64,000 nucleotides of DNA. Source: Pseudohongiellaceae bacterium (GTDB lineage Bacteria > Pseudomonadota > Gammaproteobacteria > Pseudomonadales > Pseudohongiellaceae). Every line of letters starts with the position of its first letter. Position 1 is the stretch's first letter. The notes below the pieces were generated by a model. It worked only from the letters and a program-made list of their open reading frames with translations, made no database searches and was not told the origin of the DNA. The translations under genes and the position numbers were made by a program. Where the stretch lies: NCBI GenBank assembly GCA_049446715.1, contig JBMTQX010000009.1, forward strand, positions 3,886 to 67,885, read 5' to 3'. Below are positions 27,225-37,186 of this stretch, in pieces.

Positions 27225-28037
27225 ATGGCACTGGATCTCGACCTCATCATTGAACCGCAAACCCTGGAAGACCTGCTGGGCAACGACAACCTGCTGATCG
27301 TGGATGTTTCCCAGGCTGCCACCTATGCCCAGGCCCATGTCCTGGGTGCCGTGCATGTGGACCCCCAGGAACTGGTGAAAGGCACTCCGCCTGCGCCGGG
27401 CAAACTGCCGGACAAGGCCAGCCTGGAAGCGCTGTTCTCCCGCATCGGTTACAGCCCCGACAAGCATATCGTTACCTACGATGACGAGGGTGGTGGCTGG
27501 GCCGGACGCTTTATCTGGACACTCGACATCATTGGTCACCAGGGCTATTCCTACCTGAACGGTGGCATCCACGCCTGGTACAAGGAAGGCCACCCGACAG
27601 AGAACACCCCAGTTGAAGCGACACCAACTGATGTCAGTATTGAGCTAGACATGTCATTCAATGCCTCCCTGGAGGAAGTGCTGGCGTCACTGGATGATGA
27701 CAACACCAAAATCTGGGACGCACGCAGTCATGAGGAGTACATCGGCACCAAACTGTCCTCCCAACGTGGCGGCCATATCCCGGGCGCCATCAACCTGGAC
27801 TGGCTGCACACCATGGATCGGGCACTCAACCTGCGCCTGCTGCCGCTGGAAGCCCTGCGCAGCAAATTACAGGAGCTTGGTATTACAGCAGGCAACCAGA
27901 TCATCACCCATTGCCAGACCCATCATCGCTCAGGACTGACTTTCCTGATCGCGAAGGCTCTCGGTTTCCAGGTGCGCGCCTATGACGGCTCGTGGTCGGA
28001 ATGGGGCAACCTGCCGGATACGCCGATTGAAACCTGA
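27225..28037 (+). CDS. Tandem-rhodanese sulfurtransferase
   Basis: 270 aa, two rhodanese repeats; active-site loop CQTHHRSG in the second. Confidence 0.8.
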   Translation: MALDLDLIIEPQTLEDLLGNDNLLIVDVSQAATYAQAHVLGAVHVDPQELVKGTPPAPGKLPDKASLEALFSRIGYSPDKHIVTYDDEGGGWAGRFIWTLDIIGHQGYSYLNGGIHAWYKEGHPTENTPVEATPTDVSIELDMSFNASLEEVLASLDDDNTKIWDARSHEEYIGTKLSSQRGGHIPGAINLDWLHTMDRALNLRLLPLEALRSKLQELGITAGNQIITHCQTHHRSGLTFLIAKALGFQVRAYDGSWSEWGNLPDTPIET

Positions 28038-28091
28038 TCACAAGGCCGCGAATATTCTTTCCGACTCGACGATCACACACCGGTACCTGCC

Positions 28092-28961
28092 ATGAAAACC
28101 CTGTTCATACTTTTCCAGTACCTGGTGCCCCAGCATCTGCTTTCGCGCCTGATCGGCAAGCTCGCCAATGCACGCACACCCTGGCTGAAAAACCTGCTGA
28201 TTCGGCGTTTTATCCTGCGCTACGGCGTGAACATGCAAGAAGCTGCTGAGGAGAACCCGGAGCACTATGCCTGCTTCAATGATTTCTTCACCCGTGAACT
28301 CAAGCCCGGTGTCCGCCCTGTCGATAACAGCGCGCACAGCATTGTCAGTCCGGCAGACGGCGTGATCAGTGCCGCCGGTGACATCACGGCAGACAGTATT
28401 TTCCAGGCCAAGGGCAAGGCCTTTTCGCTGACTGCACTGCTCGGCGGGTCTGGGGATGCCGCCAGGCCTTTCCAGGAAGGGTCATTTGTCACAGTTTACC
28501 TGTCACCCAGGGATTATCACCGCGTGCACATGCCCTGCGCCGGCACTCTGAAAAAAATGATCTACGTACCCGGCAAGCTGTTCTCGGTCAACCAGACCAC
28601 GGCTGAAAATATCGACAACCTGTTTGCCCGCAACGAACGTGTGGTCTGCTTCTATGATACCGATGCCGGGCCGATGGCGCTGGTGCTGGTCGGGGCCATG
28701 ATTGTGGCGGGTATTGAAACGGTCTGGGCCATGCAGGTAGCGCCTGCCAGTCATGGCCTGAGCGAGACCGGCTATGAGCAGCAGCATCCGCCGCTGGAGT
28801 TTGGCAAAGCCGAAGAGATGGGACGCTTCAAACTGGGGTCTACTGCCATCGTACTGTTTGGTCCGGGGGCGGTGCGCTGGGCTGCCGATCTTGAGAGTGA
28901 CCGGCCGGTGAACATGGGCGAAGCCATTGGCGAGCTGACGCCAGCATCACGGCAGGTTTAG
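28092..28961 (+). CDS. psd: Phosphatidylserine decarboxylase proenzyme
   Basis: SPRDYHRVHMP and the self-cleavage motif FKLGSTAIVLF. Confidence 0.95.
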   Translation: MKTLFILFQYLVPQHLLSRLIGKLANARTPWLKNLLIRRFILRYGVNMQEAAEENPEHYACFNDFFTRELKPGVRPVDNSAHSIVSPADGVISAAGDITADSIFQAKGKAFSLTALLGGSGDAARPFQEGSFVTVYLSPRDYHRVHMPCAGTLKKMIYVPGKLFSVNQTTAENIDNLFARNERVVCFYDTDAGPMALVLVGAMIVAGIETVWAMQVAPASHGLSETGYEQQHPPLEFGKAEEMGRFKLGSTAIVLFGPGAVRWAADLESDRPVNMGEAIGELTPASRQV

Positions 28962-28978
28962 CCAGGAAATTTCGGCGT

Positions 28979-29620
28979 CTATTCCTGCCAGGGATCCTTC
29001 GGGGCAGGCTCGACAGGATCACTGTCCTTGTTGCCAGAGGCATAACTGCCCTGCTCTCCCAACTGTTTCTGCCCATAATCGCCGCTGGTGATCACGGCAC
29101 TGCTTTTCTTGATGACGACGGTCTTGGCAATCTTGTCATGGAAGCCCTGCTTGCGCTTGTCCCAGCCGATCCAGAAAAAGCCGAGAAACAGGGTGAAGAT
29201 GGAAACGTAGTAGCCCAGATAGCGCAGTATCAGGCGTCCGAACGTCGGTTGGCGCAAAGTGTCCGCATCCACGATGTAGATATCCATCATGATCTTGCCA
29301 GGCGTAGCCGCGCGATAGCGCCAGAAAACCATGACAGAAAACACCGGCAAACCGTAATTGATAACATCATATGCCAGGCCGGGCGATTCTGTGGCGAACA
29401 GGACCTGCGGGCCATAAAACATCAGCTCCAGCGGTACTGCGACCATCAGCAGCAACACGGTATCGAGAACGCAGGCGAGCAATCGTACCCAGAAACCGGC
29501 GTATTCCATCGACGTAAACGCATCGCGTGACCCGGTATCCGTCTGGGACGTGCCTGCGCTTTGATGTTCTTGGTCTGTCATCCTGTCCTGCCTGGTAACC
29601 TGTTCCTTGTTTCTGGCCAT
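28979..29620 (-). CDS. RDD-family membrane protein
   Basis: FWVRLLACVLDTVLL...GKIMMDIYIV...GWDKRKQGFHDKIAKTVVI, typical RDD layout. Confidence 0.75.
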   Translation of the reverse strand: MARNKEQVTRQDRMTDQEHQSAGTSQTDTGSRDAFTSMEYAGFWVRLLACVLDTVLLLMVAVPLELMFYGPQVLFATESPGLAYDVINYGLPVFSVMVFWRYRAATPGKIMMDIYIVDADTLRQPTFGRLILRYLGYYVSIFTLFLGFFWIGWDKRKQGFHDKIAKTVVIKKSSAVITSGDYGQKQLGEQGSYASGNKDSDPVEPAPKDPWQE

Positions 29621-29721
29621 GGGGCTGAGATCGCTGGTGAATCGTTAGCATGACGCAAACCGTCACAGTCGTCTTCAGGAATATCTCCCGAGGCCATGTG
29701 CGGCCAGTACCTGGTGAGTGC

Positions 29722-30687
29722 TCAGGTCCTGTTGACAGGAAAACTGATCACATCACGGATATCACTGGCACCGGTCTTGAGCATCAGCAGGCGATCCACG
29801 CCTACAGCAACACCACAGCATGCCGGCAATCCTGCTGCCAGTGCTGCCAGCAACCGCTCATCCTGCGGATACACCGGCAAGCCTTCGGCACGACGCTGCG
29901 CCTGATCGCGCTCAAAACGCTGGCGCTGTTCATCCGCGTTGGCCAGTTCATCATAGCCGTTAGCCAGTTCCAGCCCCTGTGCGACCACCTCAAAGCGTCG
30001 CGCCACCTGGTATCCATCGGCATTCACCGCCAGTTTCGCCAATGCGGCCTGGCTGGGCGGATAGTCATGGATACACACCGGTTTCATCAATGCTGGCTCT
30101 ATGCAATGACTGTAGAGCAGATCGAGCCAGTGGTCGGGATTGTTCGACGCAAAACCGGTATCGATTCGCGCCCGGGCACGGACCATCAGGTCAGCCGGGC
30201 AAATCGTGAACGGATCGATATCCAGATGCTGCATAAACAGTTCACGATAGGAAATACGTGTCGCCGGGGGCAGGCCAAGCACATTCTGCAGCAGAGCATC
30301 CACTTCTGCCATTAGCTGCTCGAGGGTGAAGCCGGGGCGGTACCATTCCAGCATGGTGAATTCCGGGTTGTGCTTGCGGCCGGCTTCGCCATTGCGAAAG
30401 GCTTTTCCCAGCTGGTAGATCGCGCCGCTGCCGGCGGCCAGCAAGCGCTTCATGGGGAATTCAGGCGAGGTTTGCAGGAAGAGGGTCTGCTCGGTACCGG
30501 CATGGTCTTTCAGCAGAGCGCGCACCGGATCCAGGACCGGATCGGTTCCGATCGCGGAAGCCAACAGCGGTGTGTCGACTTCCAGCACATCACGTTCAGC
30601 AAAGAAGCCGCGTATATGCTGCAGCAGTTCAGCCCTGGCCTGCAGCATGTCGAGGTTAGTGGTTGGTTGCCAGGGGTTGCCCACCAT
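29722..30687 (-). CDS. epmA: Elongation factor P-(R)-beta-lysine ligase (PoxA/GenX)
   Basis: Class II aaRS-like core (FRNGEAGRKHNPEFTMLEWY; GLPACCGVAVGVDRLLML); adjacent to efp and epmB. Confidence 0.9.
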   Translation of the reverse strand: MVGNPWQPTTNLDMLQARAELLQHIRGFFAERDVLEVDTPLLASAIGTDPVLDPVRALLKDHAGTEQTLFLQTSPEFPMKRLLAAGSGAIYQLGKAFRNGEAGRKHNPEFTMLEWYRPGFTLEQLMAEVDALLQNVLGLPPATRISYRELFMQHLDIDPFTICPADLMVRARARIDTGFASNNPDHWLDLLYSHCIEPALMKPVCIHDYPPSQAALAKLAVNADGYQVARRFEVVAQGLELANGYDELANADEQRQRFERDQAQRRAEGLPVYPQDERLLAALAAGLPACCGVAVGVDRLLMLKTGASDIRDVISFPVNRT

Positions 30688-30701
30688 GGCCGGGTGCCGG
30701 A

Positions 30702-31274
30702 TTATTTCTTGGCCCGGTTCTGGTACTCACCGGTGCGGGTGTCGATGCGCAGGACATCCCCGATTTCGACGAACAACGGCACTTTCACGGTAGCGCCAGT
30801 GGTCAGCTTAGCAGGCTTGGTGCCGCCCTGGGCGGTGTCACCTTTCAGGCCAGGATCGGTTTCCACCACTTCCAGTTCCACGAAATTCGGTGGGGTTACG
30901 TTGATCGGCGCCTCGTTCCAGGTGGTGACCACGCAGACGTCCTGCTCTTTCAGCCAGTCCAGGGCATCGGACACGGCGGCCTGGTCGGCAGCAACCTGTT
31001 CGAAGCTGCCGTCGGTCTTCATGAAATGCCAGAACTCTCCATCGGTATACAGGTACTCCATGTCGGCATCCATGACATCGGCCCCTTCCAGGGATTCACC
31101 GGATTTGTAGGTACGCTCCCATACCCGGCCATTGAGCAGGTTGCGGAATTTCACGCGGTTGAAGGCCTGGCCCTTGCCCGGCTTCACGAATTCGTTTTCC
31201 AGGATCGTGCAGGGATCGCCTTCCAGTAACACTTTCAGGCCGGATTTGAATTCATTGGTGGAGTAGGTTGCCAT
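30702..31274 (-). CDS. efp: Elongation factor P
   Basis: ATG 31274: [42 protein letters not shown] (Lys in the KPGKG loop, the beta-lysylation type). Confidence 0.95.
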   Translation of the reverse strand: MATYSTNEFKSGLKVLLEGDPCTILENEFVKPGKGQAFNRVKFRNLLNGRVWERTYKSGESLEGADVMDADMEYLYTDGEFWHFMKTDGSFEQVAADQAAVSDALDWLKEQDVCVVTTWNEAPINVTPPNFVELEVVETDPGLKGDTAQGGTKPAKLTTGATVKVPLFVEIGDVLRIDTRTGEYQNRAKK

Positions 31275-31486
31275 GGAAAAACCCCGTGGTTTGGTGTCTG
31301 AAAAGTGGGGCATGATACAAGAATTGGGGGTGAAACAATACTGGTGGGAGCGGAGTGGTCGCTATGTCTTTTTGAGGATCGAAGAAGGGAGGAAGGGGCG
31401 TAGCCTGCAGCGTCGGGAATGAGGTAATGATCTAAACTGCATCAGTTGTCCGCAATATTTACCTGATACTGACAAACCCATTGGCG

Positions 31487-31585
31487 CCCCTTACTCCCTT
31501 CCTCCTTCCGTCCCTTCCTCCTTGCGTCTCTTCCTCCTTATTCTCCCTTTCTCCTTTTCCCGTCCACCTGTATCCTTCCCCTCCC
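31487..31585 (+). repeat. ~100-nt polypyrimidine tract with three CCTCCTT cores at exact 16-nt spacing
   Basis: CCTCCTT at 31501, 31517 and 31533; about 90% C/T on the + strand; mirror symmetry CCTTCCTCCTTCC. Confidence 0.85.
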
Positions 31586-32605
31586 ATGACTCCCACCCAG
31601 AACCCGATTCCACTGAAGCCTGTGTCTGCCCGTGAACCGTGGCAGGACATCCTCGCTAACACGGTCAATGATGCCGGAGAACTGGCCCGCCTGCTGGACC
31701 TGGACCTGCAGGCCCTGCCGGCCGACCACCCCCTGCTAAGCGGTTTTCCGGTGCGGGTACCGACGCCCTACCTGGCCCGGATACGACGCGGGGATCCGGC
31801 AGACCCGCTGCTGCGCCAGGTGTTTCCTGACCTGCAGGAAGCCATCGAACATCCTGGATTCGGTCCGGACCCGCTCGCCGAGGCAGACTGCAATCCCCGG
31901 CCGGGCATCCTGCACAAATATCATGGCCGCGCCCTGCTGGTGGCCACCGGCAGCTGCGCGGTCCATTGCCGCTACTGCTTCCGGCGGCATTTTCCCTACG
32001 CCGACAATGTGCCCGGCAAGGCGCAGTGGCAGGCAAGCCTGGCCTACATCGGCCAGGATGAAAGCATTAGTGAGGTCATTCTCAGCGGTGGCGACCCGCT
32101 GACCCTGCCGGACATTTACCTGGACTGGTTCTACACCGAACTGGCAGCTTTCCCGCATATCACGCGCATTCGCCTGCACACACGACTGCCGGTGATGATT
32201 CCGCAACGGATTACCGACACCTTGTGCAACATACTGGCGAATCCGCGCTTTCAGACTATTCTGGTATTGCACAGCAATCATGCGCAGGAACTGGACAGCG
32301 AGGTGGATGCCGCCTGTCAGCGCCTGGCAGGTGCAGGTGTCACGCTGCTGAACCAGAGCGTGTTGCTCAAGGGCATCAATGATGACGTTGCTGCCCTGGC
32401 TGAACTGAGTGAGCGTCTGTTTCAGGCTGGCGTGCTGCCCTACTACCTGCACCTGCTGGACCGGGTCACCGGCGCGGCGCATTTCGAGGTGACGGCAGAG
32501 GACGCCGACAGGCTGATGACTCAACTGCGCAACCGGCTGTCCGGGTACCTGGTGCCGACACTGGTGCGTGAAGAACCCGGCGCCGGCGCCAAAACGCCGG
32601 TCTGA
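31586..32605 (+). CDS. epmB: EF-P beta-lysylation protein EpmB (lysine 2,3-aminomutase-like radical SAM)
   Basis: ATG 31586 (MTPTQNPIPL); radical-SAM cluster CAVHCRYCFRR; divergent from efp. Confidence 0.9.
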   Translation: MTPTQNPIPLKPVSAREPWQDILANTVNDAGELARLLDLDLQALPADHPLLSGFPVRVPTPYLARIRRGDPADPLLRQVFPDLQEAIEHPGFGPDPLAEADCNPRPGILHKYHGRALLVATGSCAVHCRYCFRRHFPYADNVPGKAQWQASLAYIGQDESISEVILSGGDPLTLPDIYLDWFYTELAAFPHITRIRLHTRLPVMIPQRITDTLCNILANPRFQTILVLHSNHAQELDSEVDAACQRLAGAGVTLLNQSVLLKGINDDVAALAELSERLFQAGVLPYYLHLLDRVTGAAHFEVTAEDADRLMTQLRNRLSGYLVPTLVREEPGAGAKTPV

Positions 32606-32638
32606 AGCAGCGGCTCTGCCCGGGGGTGTCAAGTACGG

Positions 32639-34777
32639 GTGCCATGCAGAAGCCCTAGCGAGAGATCAGATCACGGACCAGCAGGTCGCCCGGTAAAGCC
32701 ATGGTTTACGCATACCTCGCCTCCAAACTGTGTTTATCACCAACCAGGAAAAGGAATTTCCGCCCTGACCAGTCCCTCACGACACACATCTCGCACGCCA
32801 TCGGCAACGCCGGCATCAGCGCTGCAAATCAACCTGGTGGGCCAGGACAAGGCCTGGTGCAACCGGCTGCTTAGCGGCTTGCGCCGGGCGCACTTGCGCG
32901 TTTGCATCGACATGGTTGCTGCTGATACCGATATCGCCGCCACACCCTGCGATCTCTGGCTGCTGACACCGCAGGCTGATGCTGACCGGTTTCTGGCCGC
33001 CTATCGGCAAGCCGATAGTGATACACCGGTAGTTATGCTGGGCAGGACACCTCATGACAAGATGCTGCCTGCCGGTGTCGAGTGGCTGCAGGTTGCTGAT
33101 GAAAACCTGATCCTGCAATGCCTGACCTGGCGACTGCAGTGGCAGGCCACTCAACGCCACTGCCACCAGCTGCGCCAAAATCTGGCCCTTCTCGACCGGC
33201 AGTACCAGGACCTCCTGGCCGACTCACCGAAACCGACCGTGCTCATCAGGGATGACAGGATGTTGACCTGCAATAGCGCCTTCAAAGAGTTCTTAGATGC
33301 AGGCGCCGATGCTGCGCTGGCAGGCCAGCGTTTTTCCGCGCTCTTTTGCACCGGCGACAAACAGACATTGGGCCGGCTGTATACCTCGGCTGCACTGGCG
33401 GGTAGCCGGCATACCCTGGTCACCAAAACCCGACAACGACTGGCATGCCAATTCAGTACAGGCATTTACCAGGGCGAACCTTGCCTGTGCGTGACCGTGC
33501 AAAAGCAGACCCGGCAAACCGATGTCGCAACGCAGCCATCTGTCGATATCCTGGCACAACTGGAGAACCTGCCGGTGTTTCACCAGCGCCTGGAGGCAGC
33601 GCTGGCCGCGGGCCAGGGCAAATGCAGCATGCTCCTGGTGGCCCGCATCGATAACTTCCAGCGCGTCCTGGAAACCCTTGGTAAGGCCACCACCATGCAG
33701 GTAGTGACCGATATTGCCGGCTTCCTGGGTAAAGCCATCAGCAAACCCTATACCGCGAGCAAACTGGGCGCCGATGAATTCGGCATCCTGCTGTTTGACT
33801 GTGCAGCAGATGAGGCCATCAGGGTTGCCGACTATATCCGCAGCCGAGTGAACAACAGCCTGCTGCCACCGGGTATCGATGCGCTCGACTTGAGTGCCTC
33901 CATCGGGCTGGCCAGTATCCATCGCCAGGGGCAAACGGCGGAAGCGCTCATTCACCGGGCAAGACTGAATACGGGCAATACGGTGCAGGGTGCCCCGAAG
34001 GCTCCGGCCAGGCAGCAGCTTGTAAGCCTGCTCCGGAACGCGTTGAAACGGCAAACCCTGCCGCTGGCTTTCCAACCCCTGATCGCCCTGCGTGCCCCCG
34101 CGCGATCAGCATACAAAGTCAGCTGGCAATTGCCGGGCCATGACAGCAGCACCCTGGCTACACAGGGCCTGATGGCAGAGGCCAACATGCAGGGATATGG
34201 CATGGCAACAGACCGGTGTGTTCTGCAACAACTGTTTACCCGCAACGCGGTCCCGCGTCACGCCGCGCTTTACCTGGTCAGCCTCAGCAGCAACACGCTG
34301 GCCGAGCTCGCCTTTCCGGCCTGGTTTTCCAGGGTGTGCCACAAACACGACCGCTCGCCGGAAGAGTTCCGGTTTGTGATCAGTGAAATCGACATGCACA
34401 GCCATCGCCAGCAGGTCATGAGTTTCTGCAAGCGCCTGGATGCTCTCGGTATCAGCTGGCATTTGTCGGACTTTGGCCGCGCCATGGACCCCCTGGCCGT
34501 GCTGGCCCAAGTCACCCCCGTAGCGGTCCACCTCGATCCGGCATGGCTGGGCGAACTGCAATACAGCAAGCCGCAGCAGGAGTCGCTGGAAAAGCTGGTG
34601 GCGGCCGTTCATCAATATGGTATCGCTGTGCTGGCTACAGAGGTCGCAGACTCGGGCGAGCTACCACAACTGTTCTCGTTGGGCATCGACGGCGTGCAGG
34701 GCAATGGTGTACAGGCGCCCGGTGCTGAACCTGACTATGGTTTCCCGCAAAGCCGGACGCTGACCAGCGCAGCATGA
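32639..34777 (+). CDS. Multidomain signalling protein: REC-like/PAS-like N-terminus, degenerate GGDEF (GADEF), degenerate EAL
   Basis: LGADEFGILLF in place of GGDEF; the EAL-region start AFQPLIAL has no EAL triplet; start codon uncertain (the first ~60 aa look non-native). Confidence 0.65.
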   Translation: MPCRSPSERSDHGPAGRPVKPWFTHTSPPNCVYHQPGKGISALTSPSRHTSRTPSATPASALQINLVGQDKAWCNRLLSGLRRAHLRVCIDMVAADTDIAATPCDLWLLTPQADADRFLAAYRQADSDTPVVMLGRTPHDKMLPAGVEWLQVADENLILQCLTWRLQWQATQRHCHQLRQNLALLDRQYQDLLADSPKPTVLIRDDRMLTCNSAFKEFLDAGADAALAGQRFSALFCTGDKQTLGRLYTSAALAGSRHTLVTKTRQRLACQFSTGIYQGEPCLCVTVQKQTRQTDVATQPSVDILAQLENLPVFHQRLEAALAAGQGKCSMLLVARIDNFQRVLETLGKATTMQVVTDIAGFLGKAISKPYTASKLGADEFGILLFDCAADEAIRVADYIRSRVNNSLLPPGIDALDLSASIGLASIHRQGQTAEALIHRARLNTGNTVQGAPKAPARQQLVSLLRNALKRQTLPLAFQPLIALRAPARSAYKVSWQLPGHDSSTLATQGLMAEANMQGYGMATDRCVLQQLFTRNAVPRHAALYLVSLSSNTLAELAFPAWFSRVCHKHDRSPEEFRFVISEIDMHSHRQQVMSFCKRLDALGISWHLSDFGRAMDPLAVLAQVTPVAVHLDPAWLGELQYSKPQQESLEKLVAAVHQYGIAVLATEVADSGELPQLFSLGIDGVQGNGVQAPGAEPDYGFPQSRTLTSAA

Positions 34778-34796
34778 GCCCGGCAGGGGCGGGTGA

Positions 34797-36314
34797 TTGT
34801 CATTCAGTGGTGTCTGCTTTTTTTCCAAAGACAAGGCAAGACGCGTTACACTATCGCCTGTTTCTGCAGTGAGTGAGCAGCAGGCTTTGCCCGACCATAC
34901 ATCCCGCCATACAGATCGCCAGGACGCCCCGGAGCAGCGATTTTCATCCGCCGGTCAGGACAGGTTTCCCCTGCAATTACGTCACAAGATCGCCCTTAGT
35001 TTTGGCCTGCTGCTGGTCGTTGTAACGACAGCGTTCTGGCTACTGTTCCAGGGTGAGCTCAATCGTTCCCTGCAGGAGTACCAGGATATTCTGGGTCAGT
35101 CCCTGGCGGAGCAGACCGCGTCATCAGTTCGTGAACTGGTGCTGGTGAATGACCTCCTCGGCCTCAATGTGGTGCTGACACAACTGGTGCGCAACGACAC
35201 CATTCGTGCCGCCAGTGTGCAGGACATAGACGGCAACCAACTTTCCAGCATCGGTACACCTCCCATGCCCGGCGAAAGCATCAGCCTCTACATGGCTGAC
35301 ATTCGTGTCCAGGATGCCGTGGCCGGGGTCGTCAGTATCGAACTCAATGCTCGAACCGTGGCAGACTCTAGCGACCGTATGCGCAACCTTTTCCTGCTGC
35401 TCCTGGTGGTGGGGCTTGTGCTGGTAGTCACCACCGCCTTCGCTCTGGCGGGCCAGTTCACGGCACCGCTGCAACAACTGGCCGATACGTTGGCAGAGGA
35501 CACGGATGACGAGGATGACGATCCATCTGCAGAACCGACACTGCGCCTGCAAGCCGGACTCGATGCACTCCTGGCGCGCTATCAGGAAATGGAATCGCGG
35601 CTGCTGGAAACCGGTGTCTGGCAGGGTGACAACGACAGTCTTGAGGAACCCGCACGACTGTCAGCCAGTGTGCTTGTCATCAAGGTCGTGAATATCCATA
35701 CAGCCGTCGAAGTCCTGCACCCGTCCACGCTGACCAGGCTGTTGCAGGAATACCTGTTTTACCTGAAACAGGCTGCCCGACTTTATGGCGGTGAATTCCA
35801 TCGTATCAATGGCGAGTCCGTTGTCGTTTGTTTTGACGAACGGCAATGTGAAGACAGCCATTCTGCCAACGCCCTGTGTTGCGCCGCTCTGTTCCAGTCG
35901 GTCATGGCGCGCATCAACCACCGCCATCGCAAGAAAGGCGAGCAGGTGCTGGATTTCCTCATGGCTATCCACAGCGGAGATATCTTTATGGCACCAGGCA
36001 TCGAAGACAGTGCTGCGCCTGACCAATTCACTATTCTAGGCAAGATCCTCGATATCACCTACTTCCTGTGCAAACAGTGTGCCCCGAATGAACTGGTCAT
36101 CAGTGAGGCCACCTGTACCCAGGCCCGTTATTTTGAAACCTTCAATACCGACGGCGAAAAGGAAGTCAGCATGCCCGCTGACAATGTGTCTTTTATGGCT
36201 TATGTTCTGACCAACGGTTTTGCCGAAGACATGGACAAAATTCGCCAGCAACGTCGTCACATACTGGGTACGGATAAGGGGCCCGACAAACGTACCGAGC
36301 AACAGGAAGTCTGA
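34797..36314 (+). CDS. Membrane sensor with C-terminal class III nucleotidyl-cyclase-like (apparently degenerate) domain
   Basis: Two TM segments flank a ~140-aa extracytoplasmic region; C-terminus SVLVIKVVNIHT...GGEFHRINGESVVVCF resembles a cyclase homology domain without the FxDIxGFT Asp; TTG start uncertain. Confidence 0.55.
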   Translation: MSFSGVCFFSKDKARRVTLSPVSAVSEQQALPDHTSRHTDRQDAPEQRFSSAGQDRFPLQLRHKIALSFGLLLVVVTTAFWLLFQGELNRSLQEYQDILGQSLAEQTASSVRELVLVNDLLGLNVVLTQLVRNDTIRAASVQDIDGNQLSSIGTPPMPGESISLYMADIRVQDAVAGVVSIELNARTVADSSDRMRNLFLLLLVVGLVLVVTTAFALAGQFTAPLQQLADTLAEDTDDEDDDPSAEPTLRLQAGLDALLARYQEMESRLLETGVWQGDNDSLEEPARLSASVLVIKVVNIHTAVEVLHPSTLTRLLQEYLFYLKQAARLYGGEFHRINGESVVVCFDERQCEDSHSANALCCAALFQSVMARINHRHRKKGEQVLDFLMAIHSGDIFMAPGIEDSAAPDQFTILGKILDITYFLCKQCAPNELVISEATCTQARYFETFNTDGEKEVSMPADNVSFMAYVLTNGFAEDMDKIRQQRRHILGTDKGPDKRTEQQEV

Positions 36315-36412
36315 TCATTCACTTTTCCTGACCAGAAACACTCACTGGATCAGGGCTCAAGGCGGTAAAGGATTATTCGCTGCGCCTCGCGCAGACCATA
36401 ACGGACTTAACA

Positions 36413-36821
36413 ATGGACGATCATATCAACGTAAGACATCCTTCTACTTCCCCACCCAGGTTGTCCTGGCGGATGATGATCCGGATTTCCCTATGGCATC
36501 AGCCTGATGCTTGATCGTAAGCTCAGTTACCGCCTTTTCAGCTCTGCCTCGCAGGCACTCGATTATGTCAGCCAGTCTCATCGCCAGGTCAGCTTACTGC
36601 AGCGCTGTTACAACAACTACAAGACCGGACCGCTGGAGTCCGACTCCCTGTCCCATGTGGATGTCGGCAAACTGCACGAGGAAATTTACAACAGTACCCG
36701 TTTCCAGACCTGCTCAACCGTGATCATTGACTACGCCATGCCGTAAATGAACGGACTGGAATGCCTAATGGCATTGAAAAATCGCCATATCAAGAAAGTG
36801 CTGCTCACCGGCCAGGCGTGA
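36413..36821 (+). pseudogene. Decayed response-regulator receiver gene (two frameshifts, in-frame TAA, truncating TGA)
   Basis: Pieces in three frames: MDDHINV / KTSFYFPTQVVLADDDPDF / PYGISLMLDRK...VIIDYAMP*MNGLECLMALKNRHIKKVLLTGQA*; TAA at 36744-36746 sits in the DxxMPxMxG motif. Confidence 0.7.
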
Positions 36822-37144
36822 AAGCATGCGGTTCATGCGACCCAGGTCGAGCGTACCGGCACCTCGCGACGACCCGGCGGCAGTCTGTAAGTTCAGGACT
36901 GCGTCGGTATCGCCCTCGGGCTTACCTGCGCCTTGTTCCTTTGCGTCCGCCATTATGGCCGGTAACCTGCCGAAACAGCCGTGACCGGCCCGAACATTTT
37001 TATGCAAAGGGTCATCGGAATAGTGAAATTACGGGAGTTTTACCAAACCTGGCTGGCGCGCCTGAAGGTTCATCACCCCGTTGGACAGGACCCATGCGCA
37101 TTCTGCAGGGGTGCCATGTCGGCACCCATAGAGGATGGGATTTA

Positions 37145-37186
37145 GCCACGATCTGCCGGCCACAAATTCCGGCACAGATGCGTGGC
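37145..37186 (-). terminator. Stable imperfect hairpin just downstream of the parC stop (no U tract)
   Basis: GCCACGATCTGCCGG ... CCGGCACAGATGCGTGGC; 8 nt after the parC stop at 37194. Confidence 0.35.

Noticed and set aside
31487-31585. Possible CRISPR array or coding proline-rich N-terminus in the periodic CT-rich tract
   Set aside because: The repeat unit is only 16 nt with no spacers and no cas genes. As a peptide it would be an implausible P/S/L leader on a cytoplasmic radical-SAM enzyme.
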